Source of the DNA: an uncultured Acidobacteriota bacterium
GTDB lineage: Bacteria > Acidobacteriota > UBA6911
Direction: 5' to 3'
Length of the DNA stretch: 64,000 nucleotides
Assembly: GCA_963843575.1 (NCBI GenBank)
Contig: CAWJKZ010000015.1
Span: 160,001 to 224,000 of the forward strand
The notes beneath the pieces were generated by a model, which did no database searches, had not been told where the DNA came from, and saw only the letters and a program-made list of their open reading frames with translations. The position numbers and the translations under genes are program-made. This document shows positions 49,713 through 58,606 of the stretch, piece after piece (position 1 is the first letter of the stretch; each line of letters opens with the position of its first letter).

Positions 49713-50012
49713 ATGTCTGAAGACGAACCGAAGAGTGCGTACGAGCTGGCGATGGAACGCCTGCGCAAGCAAGACACCGACCAGGGGGTCACCGAGCAGG
49801 CACTGACCGCAGCACAGAAACAGGCGATCGCCGAGGCGCAGCGCGCCTGCCAAGCCAAGCTGGCCGAGCTCGAAATCATGCACAAATCGAAGCTTGCCGG
49901 CGTCCAGGACGCGGAGGCGTTCGAGGCGTTGCAGCGGAATTACCGCCGGGACGTGGAGCGCGCCACCTCCGAGCGCGACCGCGCCATCGCAAAGATCCGC
50001 CGCGGTGACTAA
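49713..50012 (+). CDS. Small helical hypothetical protein
   Basis: KSAYELAMERL N-terminus; GAGG RBS; coiled-coil character. Confidence 0.65.
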   Translation: MSEDEPKSAYELAMERLRKQDTDQGVTEQALTAAQKQAIAEAQRACQAKLAELEIMHKSKLAGVQDAEAFEALQRNYRRDVERATSERDRAIAKIRRGD

Positions 50013-50014
50013 TA

Positions 50015-50450
50015 GTGGGCCGCGTCGGCCCGACGCGGCACGGGAAGCGAGGGCACGGCACCGACCAGACCCCAGCCACAGGCCACCTCGCCGGAGAAGT
50101 CCCCCAGAGCGCCGGGACCCCGTTCCACGACTCTGCCACGACGCCGTCGCCGCAGAGGGAGTTTTCGTCCCCCGAGGCAGGGCCCGGATCGGGATCCGCG
50201 GCGGTGCCACGATCAGGATCGCGGCCGCGACGGCCGTGACTTGCGCAATGCGCCGCCGGTGGGCCAGCAGACGTTCCGGAAGCGCGCGGCGTCTTCCGCC
50301 GTGCGAACCAGCACGCGGCCCCAAAGGCCGCCGAGATCCGCGGGTATCAGCGCGACCGCACCTGCCAGAAGATTGGCGAACAGGGCATCCGGCAAGGAAT
50401 ATCCCGGCATTCCGGCAGCTCCGGGGCCGCGTCGGGCCGGCGCGGCCCAC
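50015..50450. repeat. 436-bp segment bounded by 25-bp inverted REP-like arms (family C)
   Basis: GTGGGCCGCGTCGGCCCGACGCGGC at 50015 and its reverse complement (1 mismatch) at 50426-50450; similar single arms at 24116 and 51982. Confidence 0.65.
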
Positions 50451-50462
50451 CCGATCAAGCGC

Positions 50463-51941
50463 TCAGCGCGGCGGGGGGACCAGGCGATAGCTGACGAAAG
50501 CCACACGGCGGCTGTCGGGGGACCATGACGGCACGTTGATCGTACCCTGGCCGCCGAACAAGGTTGCTATGGTGCGCGGCACGCCCCCCTCGGCGGGCAC
50601 ACGCTGAAGGGTCACGTCCTTGTTGGCCGGGTGCCCTTTTACCGACGGGTCGTAGGACAGGTACACGATCCACTTGCCGTCCGGGGAGGGATGGGCAAAC
50701 CAGTCGGCCGAATCGGGTCCGCGCGAAAACATCTCCTGCGCGCTGCCGTCGGACCGCATCCGCCAGATGCGCATGAGCCCGCTGCGCTCGGAGTTGAAAT
50801 AGATGAACGCACCGTCGGGCGAATATTCCGGCCCGTCGTCGAGCCCCGGAGCCGTGGTAAGCCGGGTTTCCTGCCCACCTTCCGCAGGAACGGTGTAGAT
50901 GTCGTACTCGTCCTTGCGGCTGGCGCAATACGCGAGCACCTTACCGTCGGGGGACCAGCCGTGCCAGTAGCTTGGCGTGTTGGGGGTGACGAGCCGAGGG
51001 GTGCCCCCCAGCGCCGGCAGCACGTAGATCTGCGATTCTCCCTTGCCGATGCGGCCGCTGATGGCCAGCAGCTTCCCGTCGGGGGAGAGGCCGTGGTCGT
51101 TGTTCACGATCACGTCGCCGGTCGGTACGATCTCCGGCGTGCCGCCCGCGGCAGGCACGCGGTACAGCTTGCCGCCTCCATTGAAATAGAGGGTCTGCCC
51201 GTCCCGGGTCCAGTTCGGGGCCTCGAAGTGCTGGAGGGCGCGGTAAACGACCCGGCGAGCGCCGGTCTGGACGTCGACGGTCTCGAGCGTGCTCTCGACG
51301 ATGCGGGCCTTCGCCGGCACCGTCCCGCGCTCGTCGAGCCCGACTTGCTTAAACACGGCGGTCTGCCGGTCTGCGTCGTCGTGGGAACACACGGCCAGCC
51401 CCGCCTGGAGGTTCACCGGCAGCTGCACAGTAAGTGCGCCCATCGGCTGAAGGTCTTCATTCGCGGGTCCCGCCTCGAGCGAGACGACGTCCCCGTGGCG
51501 GGCGAGACGGACGCGCGCCGTCTTTGCCTTCAACGGCGCCCGGACCTCGAGCGTCGGCCCACCCTTCTCGCGCCGGTACTGCAGCGAGATGAGGCCGTCG
51601 GCGTGGAGCATCACGCTGGCGTGCGGGTCGTCGGGTCCGGTCCCCGCCCTGAGCATCAGGCCGGCTTTCTTGTGCTCGTTTCCCCCCGGGGTGGCCCAGT
51701 CGACGGTCGCGGTGAGCGTCACATCGCCGCGCACCTCCTTGCGCGCATAGTAAAACCCGTCAACCCTGTCCCAGATGTTCGCCCCGCTTGCCGTGATGCG
51801 GTAGGCGCCGGCGTCACGATCGTAAACCAGCGACCCGGGGGATCCGACCTTGCCGACGTCTCCGGAAGATGTGAACAGCATGACCGCGCCCTGCGACTGG
51901 GTGACGACGGCAAACAGGATGCACATCAGCAGTTTCTCCAT
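50463..51941 (-). CDS. Secreted TolB-like (PD40) propeller protein with an N-terminal ConA-like domain
   Basis: KAGLMLR; FEAPNW, NNDHGLSPDG, YWHGWSPDG and GTINVPSWSPD motifs. Confidence 0.82.
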   Translation of the reverse strand: MEKLLMCILFAVVTQSQGAVMLFTSSGDVGKVGSPGSLVYDRDAGAYRITASGANIWDRVDGFYYARKEVRGDVTLTATVDWATPGGNEHKKAGLMLRAGTGPDDPHASVMLHADGLISLQYRREKGGPTLEVRAPLKAKTARVRLARHGDVVSLEAGPANEDLQPMGALTVQLPVNLQAGLAVCSHDDADRQTAVFKQVGLDERGTVPAKARIVESTLETVDVQTGARRVVYRALQHFEAPNWTRDGQTLYFNGGGKLYRVPAAGGTPEIVPTGDVIVNNDHGLSPDGKLLAISGRIGKGESQIYVLPALGGTPRLVTPNTPSYWHGWSPDGKVLAYCASRKDEYDIYTVPAEGGQETRLTTAPGLDDGPEYSPDGAFIYFNSERSGLMRIWRMRSDGSAQEMFSRGPDSADWFAHPSPDGKWIVYLSYDPSVKGHPANKDVTLQRVPAEGGVPRTIATLFGGQGTINVPSWSPDSRRVAFVSYRLVPPPR

Positions 51942-52298
51942 CCGGGGCCCCCTGACGAAATGCTTTGGATTCTACCACCAAGTGGGCCGCGGCGGCTCGA
52001 CGCGGCCGTTTCTGTCGCAAGAATCGCGGCCGGGCCGCAGGGCGCAAACTGCCCGGGACCCCAACTGCGGGTGGGCTTCAGCCGGCCCCCGATGCGCGAA
52101 GGGACTCGCGCGTGACCCGGACAAGGCAAGATGCGCGAAACTTTGCAGCCTTTGGGCTCGTCCTGGAGTAACATCAGCTCGTCCGGACCCACTGCAGTTT
52201 CGAGATCATTCGCGGAAGTGGACTACTCGGATCAGAAATCCTGGCCTGAGCATGATGTCAATGCTGCCTAATTCACCTACTAACCAAGGAAAGTCACT

Positions 52299-53777
52299 AT
52301 GCAGGACAAAACCATCAAGAAGTCGCTACAGCGTCAGCTGACCCGACGCGAATTCGGCGGCGCCCTGGCCGCTGCCGGCGCGATCACCCACGCGCCGGCG
52401 TTTCTGAGGGGGCAGAACCTCAACAGCAAACTCAATATCGCGATGATTGCCTGCGGCGGTCGCGCGCTCGACAACATGAACGGCGACGGTGGAACCCGCC
52501 GTGGGCCCGGTGGCGCGGAGGCTGCTACCCCGCCCGGGCCGCCCAAGGGAATCCCGGCCGAGAACATCACGGTCCTCTGCGACGTCAACCAGGACGCCGT
52601 GGACGCCGCGGCCCTGAAATATCCGAATGCGAAAAAGTACAACGATTTCCGCAAGGTTTTCGACAGCCCGAACGACTTCGACGCCGTCATAATCAGCACG
52701 TGCGAGCACACCCATACCGTGGCAACGTACCTGGCATTGACGCACGGCAAGCACGTCTACTGCGAAAAGCCCCTCACTCACGACATCTGGGAAGCCAGGT
52801 TCATTCGTGAGACCGCCGCGAAATATCCGAAGCTCGCCACGCAGACGGGCAACGGCGGGCACGCATCGCCGAGCCGCCGGACGATGAAAGAAATAATCAT
52901 GTCCGGCGCCATCGGGCCGGTGCGCGAAGTGCACATCTGGGCGGGTCGCGCCTGGGGGCTGCAGAACGCCGAATCGGCCAAGAAGTACGACATGCCCCAC
53001 GGCTTCTACAACGGCATCCAGATAACCGAACGATTCAAGGAAGAGATGCCGGTGCCGCCGAACGTCCATTGGGACCTCTGGATCGGACCTGCGCCCATGC
53101 GGCCTTTCCACGCGACCTACCTGCCCGGACCGCGCTGGTACCGGTGGTGGGACTTCGGCAACGGCACCATGAGCGACCTCGGCGGGCACGACAACGACGT
53201 TGCCTTCCAGGTGCTGGACCTCACCCAGCCCCTGACGGTCGAGGCCGTGTCCCCGATCGGCAAGGCGCACCCGGAACTGGCGCCGGCGTCGCTGACCGTG
53301 ACCTACGAGTTCCCGGCCCGCGGCTCGGCCCCGCCGGTGAAGCTGGTCTGGTACCAGGGTGAAGGCCGGCCGCCTCAGTTCGACGCAAGCAAGATGAGTG
53401 AGCGCGCCCAGCTGTTCATCGGAGACAAGGGCATGCTTTACAGCGGTAGCCGCACCACCGGGCCCCAGTTGCTGCCCGAAGAGAACTTCAAGGGCTACCA
53501 GATGCCGCCGGAGACACTCCCCCGTTCGCCGGGTCACTACATCGAGTGGATCCAGGCGTGCAAGGGCCAGGGGCCTGCGGCTGGTTCTCATTTCGGGTAT
53601 TCCAGCTGGGTCACTCAGTCGAATCACCTCGGCAACGTGGCCTACCGGACCGGGAAGAAGCTCGAGTGGGATTTCAAAAACCTGCGTTGCCCCAACGCAC
53701 CGGAAGCCAGCCAATTCATCCGGCGTCCATACCGGAAGGAATGGGAAGGCATCCTGAAGGTACCGGCGGGAGCGTGA
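52299..53777 (+). CDS. Tat-exported Gfo/Idh/MocA oxidoreductase
   Basis: TRREF; HVYCEKPL; WDLWIGPAP; WWDFGNG. Confidence 0.88.
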   Translation: MQDKTIKKSLQRQLTRREFGGALAAAGAITHAPAFLRGQNLNSKLNIAMIACGGRALDNMNGDGGTRRGPGGAEAATPPGPPKGIPAENITVLCDVNQDAVDAAALKYPNAKKYNDFRKVFDSPNDFDAVIISTCEHTHTVATYLALTHGKHVYCEKPLTHDIWEARFIRETAAKYPKLATQTGNGGHASPSRRTMKEIIMSGAIGPVREVHIWAGRAWGLQNAESAKKYDMPHGFYNGIQITERFKEEMPVPPNVHWDLWIGPAPMRPFHATYLPGPRWYRWWDFGNGTMSDLGGHDNDVAFQVLDLTQPLTVEAVSPIGKAHPELAPASLTVTYEFPARGSAPPVKLVWYQGEGRPPQFDASKMSERAQLFIGDKGMLYSGSRTTGPQLLPEENFKGYQMPPETLPRSPGHYIEWIQACKGQGPAAGSHFGYSSWVTQSNHLGNVAYRTGKKLEWDFKNLRCPNAPEASQFIRRPYRKEWEGILKVPAGA

Positions 53778-54266
53778 AGCTCGCCGCTTGAGAAGTTCCA
53801 GGAGCCGGAGGTGGAAGGTGAGTACGTGCTCGCCTTCCGCCTCCGACCTCACGCTGGACGACTCAGCCGGGAAGGCGCGTCGGCACTACGCTCGCCGCCG
53901 ATCGATGCCCTCGATCAGCCTTTTCCTCCGCCCGACAGACGCGCATCGGCGAGCATCCTCTGCGAACGCTTGTGGTCTCGCAGATCGCCCCCCCGCCCGG
54001 AGAACCGATTCACGGCGTCCGCACCACAATCGATGGCTGCGTACGTCGGCGTTTTTCCGCGTCCAGAGATACGTTAGCGTAGTTTCGACCGGCACTGATA
54101 AGTCCGCGTGGCACTCACCCAGGCCTGGCTTACCTTCCGGTTTGTGCTCCGCGACTTCCCTCTGTGCTCCCGAATGCTCTCGACGTCAGACGCATAAGCC
54201 CTCCTGCGCGTCGATCGGCTTTTCAGAGCACGTCGGAACAAGATTGGATTCTGCATTACATTTAAC

Positions 54267-54295
54267 TTGCATACCGTGTGAGATGGTTCAATAAT
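54267..54295 (+). promoter_or_regulatory. Putative sigma70-type promoter of the radical SAM operon
   Basis: TTGCAT-N17-AATAAT in an AT-rich tract about 70 bp upstream of the first gene. Confidence 0.4.
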
Positions 54296-54362
54296 CGGCG
54301 CAGATTCGACCTCACAGAAGCAAGCTACGCCATGTGATTGAACAACAGCCTCGGTTGCGAGA

Positions 54363-55304
54363 ATGGTCGAGCGGCGGCGGGTTCTCGGACGGACAGGGTT
54401 ATCGGTTCTCGATGTCGGCTTTGGCGCCTGGGCCATTGGAGGGGATAGGTCCGGCTGGGGCTATGGCCCTACCGACGATCGAACATCTTTGAGGGCTGCC
54501 GAAGCAGCACTCGATCAGGGATGCAATTTTTTTGATACTGCCGACTGGTACGGGCACGGACACAGCGAGGTTTTGCTGGGGAAGGCGCTCAATTCCAGAC
54601 GCTCCGACGCGGTCATTGCCACCAAGGGGGGACTTGACTTCTACCACGGATCAGTGGGCGCAAATTTCCACCCCGCATACCTTCGCTTTGCACTCCACCA
54701 GAGCCTTCGACGCCTGCAGACCGACCATGTTGATGTTTATCAGCTTCATAATCCGCCGCCTGAGATAATCCACAGTTCGACGGTCGTCGACGAACTGAAA
54801 CGTTTGCAGAGCCAAGGCAAAATCCGCTGGCTCGGGATCTCGGCTGCTACAGTCCAAGACGGACTATCTGCCATCGACGCCCTTTGGCCGGACACCATTC
54901 AGATTGCGTATAACATGTTGGCTCCCCAGGCCGCAGCGACGCTTTTCCCCTTGGCCGATGCTCGCGGGGTTGGAGTGATCGCCAGGGAGCCACTGGCCAA
55001 CGGCTTTCTATCGGGGAAATACGGAGTGAACGCGTCTTTCCCGCCGAGCGACATCCGCAGCCATTGGCCTCCCGAGGTCCTCTGGGATGTCGTGAATCGG
55101 GTGCAGATGCTTGCGCCCTATTGCCGGCCGGGAGAAACGATGGCTCAACTGGCCATCCGTTTTGCGCTCGAACCACGTGCTGTGTCCGTGGTGGTCTGTG
55201 GCTGCAAGACTCCTGAGCATGTTGCAGAAAACTTTCGTCAAACCTCAGTCCATACTCAAGCCACTATGAAATCTACGCTGATGAACCGGGAGGTACCGTT
55301 ATGA
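54363..55304 (+). CDS. Aldo/keto reductase
   Basis: LGRTGLSV, FFDTADWYGHGHSE, ATK, SLRRLQTDHVDVYQLH and PLANGFLSGK motifs; stop overlaps the next start (ATGA). Confidence 0.9.
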   Translation: MVERRRVLGRTGLSVLDVGFGAWAIGGDRSGWGYGPTDDRTSLRAAEAALDQGCNFFDTADWYGHGHSEVLLGKALNSRRSDAVIATKGGLDFYHGSVGANFHPAYLRFALHQSLRRLQTDHVDVYQLHNPPPEIIHSSTVVDELKRLQSQGKIRWLGISAATVQDGLSAIDALWPDTIQIAYNMLAPQAAATLFPLADARGVGVIAREPLANGFLSGKYGVNASFPPSDIRSHWPPEVLWDVVNRVQMLAPYCRPGETMAQLAIRFALEPRAVSVVVCGCKTPEHVAENFRQTSVHTQATMKSTLMNREVPL

Positions 55305-55738
55305 ACGAAACTACGGCCCAACAATCGGCTGGAACATGGGGAAGCCCTGGGGCGTCGCCACAAATGGCGAGCCCGTGCAACATTGCCTCCCTCGCGCCGT
55401 TTCCCCCAATGCTGCAGGAGGCGGTCATGCAAACGGTCCTGGAGGCCAAGTGCGAAAGGGCCACTGATATCTGGTACGACGACGAGGCCAACAAGTCCCT
55501 CGTTGTCATGCGTCTCGGCGTCCAATGGCAGTTGAACGAGACGGCGAGGGCGCTCTGGCTCCGTCTCGGGAAGCGCGTGGGAGAAATCGTCGATGAATTA
55601 AGTAAGGAATACCCCGGCACGGATTCTCAGCAGATCAAATATCTCACCGTTGAGTTCGTTCTGAACGCGACCTCGCACGGGATTGTTGATCTTGTCTCGG
55701 AGCCGCCTGGAGAAAAGGCCAAGAAGAAGCAGTCTTAG
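55301..55738 (+). CDS. Stand-alone PqqD-family RiPP recognition element (RRE)
   Basis: Three beta-strand-like segments, then LNETARALW..L...VGEIVDELSKEY...VEFV......GIV, matching the PqqD winged-helix pattern; GGAGG RBS. Confidence 0.78.
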   Translation: MNETTAQQSAGTWGSPGASPQMASPCNIASLAPFPPMLQEAVMQTVLEAKCERATDIWYDDEANKSLVVMRLGVQWQLNETARALWLRLGKRVGEIVDELSKEYPGTDSQQIKYLTVEFVLNATSHGIVDLVSEPPGEKAKKKQS

Positions 55739-55842
55739 GCGCAACTCGGTTCGTGAACTGTCCGGATCCCCCCCCGCCCCCCCCATGAAGGAACCGTTTC
55801 ATCCCGTGGTTCTCTTCACGTCCGTGGCTATCAGGAATCAAC

Positions 55843-57330
55843 ATGCAACGACACACGATCGACCAGTCCACGTGTTTTGTCCCGTGGCCAACGAACGGGC
55901 GAACAGCCGGGAATGGCGCGATCAGAATCCGGTTGTTTCAACGCGTGGTTGCTCCGTGGACTCAGCCCACCGCCGTCTGGGAGTTCGGACCGCTCACCGG
56001 CTCCGTGGAGGGATTGGATATCTCCTTATGGCGATTCGACCTCCGTTCGATGCGTCTGCGCAGCAGTCAAGGCACGTGCCTGGCTCATACGTTTAGCGAG
56101 GCGAAAAATCTCGATTTTTCGGAACGTATGGTGCTTGAAGTATCGTCATCGACGGTCGGGGGGGCGGGATGGTCTCAATTCGAGGTGGATCTGTTTGTGC
56201 CGCCGGACGAGCTTGATGGGATGAAACGCCGGCTCCGGCTCAGCCGGGTCCCCCCGATCGAATGGTTTTTTGTTGAGCTGACCAACCGATGCAATTTCCG
56301 GTGTGCCTGGTGTCCCAGCGTAAAGATGGCGCGGGGACGCGGCGCCATGCCGCTGGCTCGAGCCAAGGTCTTAATGGAGGAGATCGCCGCCTATCGACGG
56401 CGCCATCCTCTGTTCTCCCTATACGCACAGATCCAGAATCCGGTGTTCCTGCACGTCATGGGCGAGCCTCTCCTGCACCCCGATTTTTTTGAAATCGTCC
56501 GACACGGCCAGGATCTCGGACTGAACTTCTGCCTGGTCACCAATGCGAGCCTCATCAAAGGGGAGATGGTTCGCCGGCTGCTGGAAAGCAACTTGAATTC
56601 GATCGTCCTGAGCCTCAACGCTCCGGACGAGGCCTCCTTCTCTCAAGCGCGTGCCCCCCTTTCGTACGGCCGTCTGGTTGCACAGGTTCAGGAGCTTGTG
56701 CGGGAGCGGTATCGGCGCGGCAGCACGCTTCCGCGCCTGGAGCTTCAACTCATCAATTCCAAACGGGTCCGCTGGTCGGCCTTCCCCCTGGTGGACGAAC
56801 CTGAGCAGGTGGCGCGGCAACTCGTGTTCTGGTCGGATTTCGTGCAGTCGCTGGAGAAAGCGAGCGGTGTCATCTCCTGTGGGCTCGAACCCGCCGAGGC
56901 AGCGCGCTGGCAGACCGTCCTGGAGCGCGAGACCAACGATCGGGGCATCTACTTCGAACTGGGACTGAACCTGTCGCTGACTTTCAAGCTGGCCTGCAAC
57001 TTCGGCAACGAGCTGTTGCCGGACCACCTGAAGGTGCTTGAGACCTCCAGCGGGGTCTGCCACTTCAGGAACGCCTATCGGACGTTTTGCGTGTTCTGGG
57101 ACGGCTCTTGTACTTTTTGTTCGCTTGATTACGACAACGAAGTCAATCTGGGCAATGTCTTTGAACAAGGCATCGATGCGATCTGGACAGGTGAGAGTCT
57201 CACCCGAATCCGCGGTCTGGCCGAACACGGCGTTCTGGCCGAACCGCTGTGTCGCCGTTGCATGGGCACCCTGGTGCCGAGCCGAGTCGCTCGAGAGCCA
57301 TCCGTCCCGAAGGGAGACATCCATGGCTGA
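55843..57330 (+). CDS. Radical SAM enzyme with a Twitch/SPASM-type C-terminus and a ~135-aa N-terminal extension
   Basis: ELTNRCNFRCAWC (CX3CX2C); MGEPLLHP; C-terminal C...WDGSCTFC..D....LGN...CRRC. Confidence 0.9.
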   Translation: MQRHTIDQSTCFVPWPTNGRTAGNGAIRIRLFQRVVAPWTQPTAVWEFGPLTGSVEGLDISLWRFDLRSMRLRSSQGTCLAHTFSEAKNLDFSERMVLEVSSSTVGGAGWSQFEVDLFVPPDELDGMKRRLRLSRVPPIEWFFVELTNRCNFRCAWCPSVKMARGRGAMPLARAKVLMEEIAAYRRRHPLFSLYAQIQNPVFLHVMGEPLLHPDFFEIVRHGQDLGLNFCLVTNASLIKGEMVRRLLESNLNSIVLSLNAPDEASFSQARAPLSYGRLVAQVQELVRERYRRGSTLPRLELQLINSKRVRWSAFPLVDEPEQVARQLVFWSDFVQSLEKASGVISCGLEPAEAARWQTVLERETNDRGIYFELGLNLSLTFKLACNFGNELLPDHLKVLETSSGVCHFRNAYRTFCVFWDGSCTFCSLDYDNEVNLGNVFEQGIDAIWTGESLTRIRGLAEHGVLAEPLCRRCMGTLVPSRVAREPSVPKGDIHG

Positions 57331-58606
57331 AGTGCTGCTGATCAATCCACCGATGTGGTCCCCAAAAGCCCACAGCTCTTTCACGGGGCTGTGCCCGCCC
57401 TTGGGTCTCGGGTATCTCGCCGCCTGCCTCCAACGGGAGGGCATCGGCGTCGATATTCTGGATTTGGACGTCAGTCCGGATCCTGATGCGGAACTGCGAC
57501 AGGCGTTTGCCCATCGGGCGCCTCGCTTGGTGGGCATTACCAGCCTTACGCAGAACCACTTCCTCGCCTTGCATGTGGCGCGGGCCGTAAAGGCCATGAA
57601 CAGCAAGACCCTGGTCGCCATCGGCGGTCCCCACGTTTCCTACCGTTGGGACGAGGCATTGGCACAACCCGCCATCGACGTCGTCGTGCTCTTTGAGGGT
57701 GAACGCACAATTGTCGAACTCTACCGGCAGGCGCAGCAGGAACAACCGGATTGGAGCGGCATTGCCGGCATCGCCTACCGGAATGGGGGGCATAATGAGC
57801 TGACTTCTCCCAGACCCCGCGAGCAAGAACTGGACCGCATCCCGCATCCGGCGCGCCATCTGCTGCCGATGGGCCGTTACGGAAGGCCCGGCACGATCAT
57901 GACCAGCCGCGGCTGTCCGATGAAGTGCATTTTCTGCATCTCCAGTACCTACGAGGGATGCTACCGCCCGCGCAGCGCGGATGACGTCGTCGAAGAACTC
58001 ACAGTGCTCCGGCACACCTGGGGCCTGCGGGAAGTCTACCTGTTGGACAATGTCTTCACAGTCGACAGTGCCCGGGTACAGAGCATCTGTGCGCAGATTA
58101 TCGAACGGAAACTCGGCATCCGGTTTCACTGTGTGTCACGGGCGGATTACATGACCGAGGAGCTCGCTCGCTGCCTCAAGGCCGCCGGATGCGAACGCAT
58201 CGAGATCGGTGTGGAATCGGGGTCGCAGGAAATCATCGAGGCTTTGAAAAAGCACATTACCCTGGAGCAGGTGTTTCGAGCCGCAGACCTCGTCCTGGGC
58301 GCGGGCATGCAGCCCATGTTCACCTTTCAGATCGGTTCTCCCTTCGAGACCGCCGCCTCACTGGAAAAGACCCATCAGCTCGCGGCTGACTTGCGCTCCA
58401 AAGGGGCCATCACCTTCTTCTCAGTCATGACCCCTTATCCGGGAACGCCCTTCGCTGAACGTGCGGAGGAACTCGGGGTCGTGATCCGAGCGAAGGACTG
58501 GCGGGAGTTCCGGACATCCAACCCTATATGCGACATGCGCTATCTGAATTGCAACAGTTTGCGTCAGGCTTTATACAGGGAATTTCCCCTGCTGCAAGAC
58601 CGCTAG
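57323..58606 (+). CDS. Cobalamin-dependent (class B) radical SAM enzyme, probable methyltransferase
   Basis: VLLINPP, PPLGLGYLAA and GGPH (B12-binding domain); TSRGCPMKCIFC; GVESGS; PYPGT. Start overlaps the upstream gene end; GGAG RBS. Confidence 0.9.
   Translation: MAEVLLINPPMWSPKAHSSFTGLCPPLGLGYLAACLQREGIGVDILDLDVSPDPDAELRQAFAHRAPRLVGITSLTQNHFLALHVARAVKAMNSKTLVAIGGPHVSYRWDEALAQPAIDVVVLFEGERTIVELYRQAQQEQPDWSGIAGIAYRNGGHNELTSPRPREQELDRIPHPARHLLPMGRYGRPGTIMTSRGCPMKCIFCISSTYEGCYRPRSADDVVEELTVLRHTWGLREVYLLDNVFTVDSARVQSICAQIIERKLGIRFHCVSRADYMTEELARCLKAAGCERIEIGVESGSQEIIEALKKHITLEQVFRAADLVLGAGMQPMFTFQIGSPFETAASLEKTHQLAADLRSKGAITFFSVMTPYPGTPFAERAEELGVVIRAKDWREFRTSNPICDMRYLNCNSLRQALYREFPLLQDR

Noticed and set aside
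53788-54294. ORFs at the left edge of the island as an integrase or transposase remnant
   Set aside because: No recognisable catalytic motifs in any listed frame.
55764-55785. C-rich run (possible G-quadruplex or phase-variable tract) between the RRE and the first rSAM
   Set aside because: Intergenic, only two runs, and homopolymer lengths are unreliable in this assembly.
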